Assembly: GCA_038735675.1 (NCBI GenBank)
Contig: JAVYNJ010000020.1
Coordinates: 1-7,505, forward strand
DNA: 7,505 nucleotides
Origin: Nanopusillaceae archaeon
GTDB taxonomy: Archaea > Nanobdellota > Nanobdellia > Nanobdellales > Nanobdellaceae
Direction of reading: 5' to 3'
Numbering within the stretch: the stretch's first letter is position 1; every line of letters begins with the position of its first letter. Below the pieces are notes generated by a model, which saw nothing but the letters and a program-made list of their open reading frames with translations, was not told the DNA's origin and searched no databases. Positions 1 through 6,243 of this stretch are shown here, one piece after another. The position numbers and the translations under genes were made by a program.

Positions 1-1
1 A

Positions 2-415
2 ATGTTTTTTGGAAAAAAGCAAATATTTTTAATATTTTTAACAGCACTATTTCTTTCCATAACTCATTATTTCTTATATAGGCATCTATTATCAATATAT
101 CCATACGAATTAGTTATAACTATCAGCTTTACATCTATGGTATTTTCACAGTGGCCAATAGGTATTCAAGAAATTTCTGATGAACCTTTCTTTAAAAATC
201 CTGTAAGATATTTTAAAAGAAATCCATATATTTTCTTAGGAATATTTATAGGATTATTATTACAGCTTTTAGTAATTTATTTTGGTGGAAAATTCTTTCA
301 TACAGTTCCATTATCATTAGAACACTTTAAGTATACTATAATAATACCAATAATAACCTTCTTCTTTTTAGAAATTAGAAAAATAGTCTTAAATATTTTA
401 TTGAAAAAAGATTAG
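2..415 (+). CDS. C-terminal end of a P-type cation-transporting ATPase (partial; the 5' part lies off-window)
   Basis: The frame is open from the window edge, so the ATG at 2 is probably internal. The product has several hydrophobic helices. The segment FKNPVRYFKRNPYIFLGIFIGLLLQLLVIYFGGKFFHTVPLSLEHF resembles the Cation_ATPase_C signature of type II P-type ATPases (..N.yl..ai..s..lQl.viY.p....F.t.pLs...w). It ends in a basic tail, LKKD, followed by TAG at 413-415. Confidence 0.65.
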   Translation: MFFGKKQIFLIFLTALFLSITHYFLYRHLLSIYPYELVITISFTSMVFSQWPIGIQEISDEPFFKNPVRYFKRNPYIFLGIFIGLLLQLLVIYFGGKFFHTVPLSLEHFKYTIIIPIITFFFLEIRKIVLNILLKKD

Positions 416-706
416 TTTTTTTCTAATTCTATTATTTTCTCTGGAATTCCGTCAGAATTAAAACATGGAACTTTAGCTTTAATAGAAGAAGGAACAAAAG
501 TTTTATCTTTAAACTCTTATTGGGATGATAACATAAAAACAAACATAGAAGAAATATTGGCAAGAGGAGGAATTGTTTATAAAATTCCTGATTTTGTTAT
601 ATATTCTATAATAATAGGACAGTTATTAACCTATTACATTGCAAAAGAAAAAGGATTACCTATAGATTATCCAAGAAATCTTGCAAAGAGTGTAACGGTA
701 AAATAA
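416..706 (+). pseudogene. glmS: 3' remnant (last ~96 codons, second SIS domain end) of glutamine--fructose-6-phosphate aminotransferase, with no start codon
   Basis: Manual translation of frame 2 gives [96 protein letters not shown]. It matches the GlmS C-terminal motifs ELKHGP.ALI, NIEE..ARGG, LQLL.Y..A and the terminal [10 protein letters not shown](E/K). There is no ATG or GTG in the frame, and the N-terminal ~5/6 of the enzyme is absent. Homology is clear from about position 443 onward. Confidence 0.75.
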
Positions 707-742
707 AAAAACAAAATTAAACTTTTTTAATAATAATTATGT

Positions 743-1228
743 ATGTTTAGAAAAAGATATTCTATTTATCTTTGTAAAAAATATTCAAAATATAGAAAAG
801 AAGCCACTTTACTATATTCAAAAGAAATTAAGTTAAACGAAGATGAATGCTTTAAAATAAATATACGCAAAATTACGCTGCCATACGCAAATATAGTATT
901 TTCTATTGAGGCAATATTAGAAAATAAAGGTAATCGATCTTTAGAAGAAATATTACTTTTTTATCAAAGAGAAAATGAATATAAAGAACTGCCTCGAAAT
1001 ACGATAGTTAGATATATTTGCAATGATAAAAAGACAATAAGATATGAAGATTCTGTGTTCTTTTCAATTTTAGATTTGGGAGAATATAGAAAAAAATCTG
1101 TATTAAGAAATTTATATAACATTTTAACTAATTTTGATGGGAATTATAAAAAGGTAGAGTTATTTTTATCAGATATTTTTAAAGATAATTGGGGAGGATA
1201 TATTAGAAGTATCAAAGTACAGATCTAA
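743..1228 (+). CDS. Hypothetical protein, 161 aa, basic N-terminus, no recognisable domain
   Basis: A 161-codon stop-free frame is very unlikely by chance in DNA this AT-rich, where stop triplets are common. It has a single ATG and fills the gap between the glmS remnant and the GalT-like gene. I recognise no motif. Confidence 0.55.
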   Translation: MFRKRYSIYLCKKYSKYRKEATLLYSKEIKLNEDECFKINIRKITLPYANIVFSIEAILENKGNRSLEEILLFYQRENEYKELPRNTIVRYICNDKKTIRYEDSVFFSILDLGEYRKKSVLRNLYNILTNFDGNYKKVELFLSDIFKDNWGGYIRSIKVQI

Positions 1229-2201
1229 AAACTCTAGCAGTATCTTCTGGAGGTATTCCAATAACAAATTCGCCATGATATAATTCTAAAAAACCAATAT
1301 CATTTTTAAATCTTTCACCAATTCTAAAAAATGGCAAAAATTTTCCCTCTTTAATATAAGAGCTATCTATTATAACTAAATTAAAATGCTTGAATTTATC
1401 TTCATAAATTCTTAATAATTTGTAAAATTCTTCTAAAAAACTTCTTAAATTTATAGAAGACATAAAGTACAAACCAAAAGATTTTATTAATCCAAATAAC
1501 TCATTATTTCTTAATGGAGCAAAAGGGGAAATTAATATATAATTCTTATCTTCTTTTATAAATCTCTTATTTATTTCTTTTTCAAAATTAAAATAGTCCT
1601 CTATTAAAAATCTTTTATATTTATCAAAATATTTTTCAGAATTTTCGATAAATCTTCCAAAAAACCCTCTTGGAATATTTTCAATTATTATTTGAAAATG
1701 TAAATGTTCTTGTGAAGCTCCAGAATAATAACCTTTATTTAGATTTATAAAAAGGTATTTATACTCTTTATCTTTCTTGTTTACATAATCTGCAATTTCC
1801 TTTATTAGCAAAATAGAATTATAAAAATCTTCAAATTTTAAATCTGAAAAATTTTCTATATGTTCTTCATAATTTGGAACTAAGACAAAATGATATTTTG
1901 CATATGGATATAAACTTGGAAATGCAATACTTTTTTCTAATAAAAACTTCTCCCTGTCAGTAGGCCTAGGTGTTTTATTAAACACATTTTCTTTGCAAAA
2001 CGGACATTCTGAAGATTTTTTAGAAATTTCATAATCTTGATTTCTTGGTTTTTCACTTAATCTTCTATTTAATCTTACCCATAATCCAGTTAAAGGATCT
2101 CTCCTATATTCTATTTTGTTAATATATAAAGCATCTTCCAATATAAACCTATTTTCAATTTCATAATATTCTAAATATAAATCTTCATTAAACTTTTCCA
2201 T
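1212..2201 (-). CDS. galT: Galactose-1-phosphate uridylyltransferase family (HIT superfamily branch III) nucleotidyltransferase; substrate uncertain
   Basis: The N-terminal RRDPLTGLWV matches GalT RRYNPLTGQWV. There is a Cys pair, ECPFCKEN (zinc site). The active-site motif His-x-His-x-Gln appears as SQEHLHFQ (codons at 1692-1706). The C-terminal ELYHGEFVIGIPPEDTARVFR resembles the GalT C-terminus. The 329-aa length is typical of the family. Confidence 0.75.
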   Translation of the reverse strand: MEKFNEDLYLEYYEIENRFILEDALYINKIEYRRDPLTGLWVRLNRRLSEKPRNQDYEISKKSSECPFCKENVFNKTPRPTDREKFLLEKSIAFPSLYPYAKYHFVLVPNYEEHIENFSDLKFEDFYNSILLIKEIADYVNKKDKEYKYLFINLNKGYYSGASQEHLHFQIIIENIPRGFFGRFIENSEKYFDKYKRFLIEDYFNFEKEINKRFIKEDKNYILISPFAPLRNNELFGLIKSFGLYFMSSINLRSFLEEFYKLLRIYEDKFKHFNLVIIDSSYIKEGKFLPFFRIGERFKNDIGFLELYHGEFVIGIPPEDTARVFRSVL

Positions 2202-2207
2202 AATTTT

Positions 2208-3140
2208 TCAGTATTCTTTTATTACTTTAAAATCTATACAATATCTATAAACACCAGGAGCTATATCCCCTGTTTTAACTATATTCAATATTTCATATTC
2301 AAAATTTAGTTTTTTTGAATATTCATCTAAAATTTTTCTAATTTCTTCAAAATACTTATCTTCATATAAAAAATGATATAAATGGATTATACCGTTATTT
2401 TTGATAGCAGGTATTGCAACGTCTAAAAAAAGATCAGATTCCTTTGGCAAAGGCATTATAATTCTATCAAATTTTAATTTATACTTTTCTTTATCTTTTA
2501 AGAAATCTATATCTAAATATTCTTTGGCTTTTACTCTTTTATCTATATTTTCTTTAAAAATAGCTTTGTTTAATTCTAAAGAAGATTTAATAACATCATC
2601 TAAAATATAATCATTTATTATTCCATCCTTATCAGATAAGTAATATAAATATGGAGTGACATCTCTAACATCTCCTAAAATAGTTATGACATTGTTTACT
2701 TTATTTAATTTGACATTTTCTATTCCATACTTAACAGCATATGGATTTAGTTCTACAGAATAGATTTTATTAGCTTTTGAAAATTTTGAAATATAAATAG
2801 GATATGGATTAACACCAGAAAACATTACTAAAACATTTTCACCATCTTTAACATTTTTAGCAATCCTAAATCTCTCATTTGACAATCTACTAGAATAATA
2901 ACATTTTGAGACATCTACTTTGAATTTCAATCCATATTCTATACAAATAGTTTCTGTTCTGTTTTCTCCATAAACTAAACTATATTTTGCAGTTCTATAA
3001 GGAGGTTCTACTTCTGTTTCTTGTAATAAAATAACCTTTACATTTTTGTGTTTCTCAAGTATAATCTTTTTATATTCTTCAATATCATATTTTAATGGTT
3101 TCTTTATAATTGCTATATCTCCAATTATATCAAATGCCAT
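2208..3140 (-). CDS. trm5: Trm5/Taw2 (Met-10+ like) family SAM-dependent tRNA G37 modification enzyme
   Basis: The N-terminus is MAFDIIGDIAIIK. Further matches are YGLKFKVDVSKCYYSSRLSNERFRIA (family: ..G..f..D..kvyFSpRl..ER.Ria), the SAM motif VLVMFSGVNPYPI (family: vvDmFAGvGpfsi), ELNPYAVKY and the catalytic-loop region DRIIMPLPK. It lacks the N-terminal D1 domain of M. jannaschii-type Trm5, so it may be Trm5a/Taw2-like. Confidence 0.85.
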   Translation of the reverse strand: MAFDIIGDIAIIKKPLKYDIEEYKKIILEKHKNVKVILLQETEVEPPYRTAKYSLVYGENRTETICIEYGLKFKVDVSKCYYSSRLSNERFRIAKNVKDGENVLVMFSGVNPYPIYISKFSKANKIYSVELNPYAVKYGIENVKLNKVNNVITILGDVRDVTPYLYYLSDKDGIINDYILDDVIKSSLELNKAIFKENIDKRVKAKEYLDIDFLKDKEKYKLKFDRIIMPLPKESDLFLDVAIPAIKNNGIIHLYHFLYEDKYFEEIRKILDEYSKKLNFEYEILNIVKTGDIAPGVYRYCIDFKVIKEY

Positions 3141-3352
3141 CCTAATATTTTTATAGTACTAATCTTATTTATTTTTTTCTTAAATATAAATTTATATCCC
3201 AATATTGTCCTATTTCATTGAAAATCATTTTTTATTTTGCTTAAAATTTTAAAACAATTTTTCTTTCTGATATCCTTTTAAACATCAATACACATTCTGC
3301 TTTTTAAATATTTCCAGTAATATTTATAAAATTGTTATTAATATATATTAGT

Positions 3353-3403
3353 ATGGCAAAGAAAAAGAAGGAAGAAAAGAAAGAGGAACAACAAAAGAAA
3401 TAA
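3353..3403 (+). CDS. Candidate 16-codon micro-ORF (MAKKKKEEKKEEQQKK); very tentative
   Basis: ATG at 3353 and TAA at 3401-3403. TTTATAAA at 3323-3330 is centred about 26 nt upstream of the ATG, and a T7 run at 3405-3411 follows the stop. All of these elements are individually common in DNA this AT-rich. Confidence 0.15.
   Translation: MAKKKKEEKKEEQQKK
3356..3403 (-). terminator. Possible archaeal oligo-T terminator region for the MetRS transcript
   Basis: On the minus strand this block reads TTATTTCTTTTGTTGTTCCTCTTTCTTTTCTTCCTTCTTTTTCTTTGC, with several T3-T5 runs. It lies 66-113 nt downstream of the MetRS stop, and it is the first pyrimidine/T-rich block after that gene. Confidence 0.3.
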
Positions 3404-3468
3404 ATTTTTTTATTAATTAATTTTATAAGATTATATTAGATGGCTTTCTAAAACTTTTATTTTTTATT

Positions 3469-5589
3469 TTAAATAAGATATTTTGGTTTTGTAACAACTT
3501 CTTTTATTTTATTTATGTATTCTTGGTCTATTTTACTAAATAAAGGTTTTGGTTCATTTTTTAATTCTATTTTTAGTTTTTCTGGATTTTCTAGTAATTC
3601 TAACAAGCTTTTACTATCTAAGATCTTTATATTTATTTGATTAAAAAATAATTCAGCATATTTTGGAATATAAAATGATAAAAAGACATAAATAGTTATT
3701 AAATATATTAGCATTCCGTTAATAAATTCTCTATTTTTTTCAGGATTTTCCCATGGCTTTTTTTCTTGGAATAAACTATTTCCCTTATTAGCCATCTCAA
3801 TGATCTTTTTTAAAGCAGTAGATATTTCCCCTTTTTCTAAGTGTGAGCAAATTATATTATAATAATCTTTTGCAATTTTAATAACATTTTTATCAAAATT
3901 TCCTCTAATTTCTTTATAATTTTGCCAAAAGAACTTTAATACTCTGTGAGTTAAATTTCCTATATTATTAACAAGTTCTTTATTTATTATCTCTATAAAT
4001 TCATCCCACTTAAAAGAAGTATCTTTGTTTTCAGGTATTAGGTATGCTAAATAAAATCTCCAATAATCTTTATCAACATTTGCCTCTATTAAACTATCGC
4101 AAAATATTCCCCAATTTTGACTTTTGCTAATTTTTTTTCCTTCATAGGTTAAATAAGCATATCCAAATACGTTTTCAGGTAATTTAATTTCTTTTTCAAA
4201 TATATTATCTCTTTTATTGCATTTATTTGAAGCAATTATTATTCCTGGCCAAAACAAAGTGTGGAATGGGATATTATCTTTTCCTAAGAAATGATATATC
4301 TTTCCTTCCATCCAAAATCTTTTCCAATTTATCTTATTAATTGCTTTTTCTAATTTCTTTTCTATTAAAAGAATCTTAATTATTTTTTTAATATTTGAAA
4401 GGTAATATCCCGGATCTATATCTTCAATATATAACTTTCCATCAAATTCTTTGTAGTAAACAACATATTTTATATTATTTACTTCTATTTCTGCAAAATC
4501 TTTATCTATATTTATTATTTTACAATTACTTATATCTATATTCTCCAATTCTTTTAAATCAAATTCTTCTTTTAACAATTCTATAGTAAATGATAAATAT
4601 CCAATTGGTGCATCAAACCAAACATAGAAAACTTTGTTTTTATAAGGTTCATACAAATTAATATTATTTATTATTTGATCTATTTTTGGCCAATTTTGTT
4701 CTATAGCGGCTTTTATTTTTTCTTCATCTTCTTCAGTAATTGGAATATCAATTGATTTTAAAGAATCGATAATAGAATAAAATAATTTATCTTTTGAAGA
4801 AAAATCTAGTTTATTGAATATTTTATCTAATATAAATCTCCAAATGTCTTCATAAGGAACAGGTATTCCCCATTTTATATCTCTAGTAATACTCCTTTCT
4901 TTTAATCCTTCATCTAACATACCTTTAGATGTTGTATATGTAAGATCTGAAAAATCTTTTTTCTTTTTTTCTAGCCAAATTCTTAAATCTTCAGATAATT
5001 TATCTAATCTGAAATATAAATGTCTTGTTTTCTTGAAAATTACAGGATTTCCGTTTATAGAATTTTTTGGTTCTATTAAATCTTTCGGATCTAATAATTT
5101 TCCGCAATTTTCACACTGATCACCTCTTGCTTTATCATATCCACAATATGGACATTTTCCAATGACATATCTATCTGGTAAAAATCTTCCAGTTAATGGA
5201 TCAAAGGGCAAATTATCAATTTTTTCACTTATAAAACCCGCACATAATATTCTCAAAAATATATTTTTAGTTATTTCATAATGTATTTCAGATTTGGAAG
5301 TTCTAGAAAAAGAATCATAAGATATATCAAACCAATCATAAATTTTTTTATGAATATTATAATAAAATTCTGTTATTTTTTCTGGAGTAGTATTTTTCTT
5401 TATAGCTTCTATTTCTGTTGGTGTTCCATGTTCATCAGTTCCTCCAATAAAAACAACATAATTTCCTTTAAATCTTTGATATCTAGCAAAAATATCTGCT
5501 GGAAGATGAGATCCTACAATATGCCCTATATGTGGAACATTATTTGAATATGGTAGAGCTGCAGTTACCAATATAAATTCTTTTTTCAT
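3469..5589 (-). CDS. metG: Methionyl-tRNA synthetase (class I), 706 aa, without a C-terminal Trbp111/EMAPII-like domain
   Basis: HIGH motif PHIGHIVG (res 19-26). Zinc knuckle CPYCGYDKARGDQCENCG (res 146-163). VWFDAPIGY (res 323-331). HFLGKDNIPFHTLFWP. KMSKS motif as KISKS (res 486-490). Anticodon-domain KKPWE. The C-terminus ends KPLFSKIDQEYI. Confidence 0.95.
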   Translation of the reverse strand: MKKEFILVTAALPYSNNVPHIGHIVGSHLPADIFARYQRFKGNYVVFIGGTDEHGTPTEIEAIKKNTTPEKITEFYYNIHKKIYDWFDISYDSFSRTSKSEIHYEITKNIFLRILCAGFISEKIDNLPFDPLTGRFLPDRYVIGKCPYCGYDKARGDQCENCGKLLDPKDLIEPKNSINGNPVIFKKTRHLYFRLDKLSEDLRIWLEKKKKDFSDLTYTTSKGMLDEGLKERSITRDIKWGIPVPYEDIWRFILDKIFNKLDFSSKDKLFYSIIDSLKSIDIPITEEDEEKIKAAIEQNWPKIDQIINNINLYEPYKNKVFYVWFDAPIGYLSFTIELLKEEFDLKELENIDISNCKIINIDKDFAEIEVNNIKYVVYYKEFDGKLYIEDIDPGYYLSNIKKIIKILLIEKKLEKAINKINWKRFWMEGKIYHFLGKDNIPFHTLFWPGIIIASNKCNKRDNIFEKEIKLPENVFGYAYLTYEGKKISKSQNWGIFCDSLIEANVDKDYWRFYLAYLIPENKDTSFKWDEFIEIINKELVNNIGNLTHRVLKFFWQNYKEIRGNFDKNVIKIAKDYYNIICSHLEKGEISTALKKIIEMANKGNSLFQEKKPWENPEKNREFINGMLIYLITIYVFLSFYIPKYAELFFNQINIKILDSKSLLELLENPEKLKIELKNEPKPLFSKIDQEYINKIKEVVTKPKYLI

Positions 5590-5642
5590 GATTTAATATG
5601 GATAAGAAATAATATTTTAAATATTTATATAATGAATAAAGA
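5590..5642. promoter_or_regulatory. Divergent promoter region shared by MetRS (-) and rhomboid (+)
   Basis: This is a 53-bp spacer between divergent start codons. TTTAAATA at 5616-5623 and TTTATATA at 5624-5631 match the archaeal TATA consensus TTTAWATA. The A/T block lies 24-29 nt from both ATGs, and no SD motif is present. Specificity is low at this composition. Confidence 0.35.
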
Positions 5643-6236
5643 ATGAAGGTAACAAATATTTTGATAATATTGAATGCTATAATGTTTATTTTAACTTTAA
5701 TTTTTAGAGAAAAAATTATTTATCTTCTTGGTTTTTCGCCATTAAGATTTTTTGAAAGACCATGGACAATATTTACTAATCTATTCGTACATGGAAGTGA
5801 TTTGCATCTTTTTGTAAATATGTTAACTTTGTTTATTTTTGGAAATCCATTAGAAAAAATAATAGGAAAGAAAAAGTTTTTGATGTTATACATTCTTTCA
5901 GGAATTTCTGGAAATGTACTTTATTATATTTTTTATTTTAATCAAGATATTATTGGTATTGGGGCTTCAGGAAGTATCTTTGGAATTCTTGGAGCATTTG
6001 CAATATTAAGGCCACATGATTATGTAGTAATTTTTCCATTTATGATACCAATACCAATGACAGTTGCATTAATAATATGGATTCTCCTTAATGTTTTTGG
6101 TTTTTTACTTCAAGTAGGAAATATTGGATATATAGCACATTTAGGTGGGTTGTTTGTTGGAATAATATTAGGCAAAAAATTTAAAAGAAAGAAAGAATTT
6201 TTCATAGAAGAATATTTAAATTCTTTTGAATTTTAA
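5643..6236 (+). CDS. Rhomboid-family intramembrane serine protease (minimal 6-TM form, 197 aa)
   Basis: The TM2 motif is WTIFTNLFVHGSDLHLFVNMLTLFIFGNPLE (H..xxxN). The catalytic Ser is in GIGASGSIFG (Ser109) and the catalytic His is in YIAHLGGLFVG (His166). There are six hydrophobic segments. It ends with tandem stops TAA TAA (6234-6239). Confidence 0.9.
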   Translation: MKVTNILIILNAIMFILTLIFREKIIYLLGFSPLRFFERPWTIFTNLFVHGSDLHLFVNMLTLFIFGNPLEKIIGKKKFLMLYILSGISGNVLYYIFYFNQDIIGIGASGSIFGILGAFAILRPHDYVVIFPFMIPIPMTVALIIWILLNVFGFLLQVGNIGYIAHLGGLFVGIILGKKFKRKKEFFIEEYLNSFEF

Positions 6237-6243
6237 TAAGTAA

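Noticed and set aside
401-415. An A6 run (GAAAAAAG) just before the ATPase TAG, considered as a programmed frameshift site linking the ATPase to the glmS fragment
   Set aside because: The glmS fragment is in the same frame as the ATPase, so a frameshift would not join them; only stop read-through would. The ATPase also already ends at a natural-looking C-terminus. Nothing in the sequence supports recoding, so it is kept only as a minor alternative within the glmS finding.
2401-2610. 69-aa plus-strand ORF from the supplied track
   Set aside because: It lies entirely antisense inside the well-supported Trm5-like gene. Its product is a low-complexity Ser/Ile/Phe/Lys-rich sequence typical of the shadow frame of an AT-rich gene.
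3184-3197. A perfect 14-bp palindrome ATATAAATTTATAT upstream of the Trm5-like gene. There are also TTAAAATTTTAA at 3241-3252 and TTAATTAA at 3413-3420.
   Set aside because: By my rough estimate, an A/T-only palindrome of this length is expected a few times by chance in 7.5 kb at this composition. There are no repeated copies and no partner motifs.
3141-3352. A search of the long spacer for a tRNA, split-tRNA half or C/D-box sRNA
   Set aside because: There are no GC-rich stems. The only CTGA (3267-3270) has no RTGATGA C box at the right distance upstream. The minus-strand ATTGATGT (complement of 3283-3290) has no downstream CTGA.
4395-4586. 63-aa plus-strand ORF from the supplied track
   Set aside because: It is antisense within MetRS. 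Its translation (LYLYLLFYNYLYLYS..) is the complement of Lys/Glu/Ile/Asn-rich codons, with no independent support.
4336-4854. The MetRS inserts considered as inteins or intein remnants
   Set aside because: The inserts are too short (65-80 aa). They lack an N-terminal Cys/Ser with block A/B motifs, a C-terminal His-Asn followed by Cys/Ser/Thr, and any homing-endonuclease motif.
5281-5547. 88-aa plus-strand ORF from the supplied track
   Set aside because: It is antisense to the most conserved N-terminal (HIGH) part of MetRS. It has a shadow-ORF composition and no room for its own promoter.
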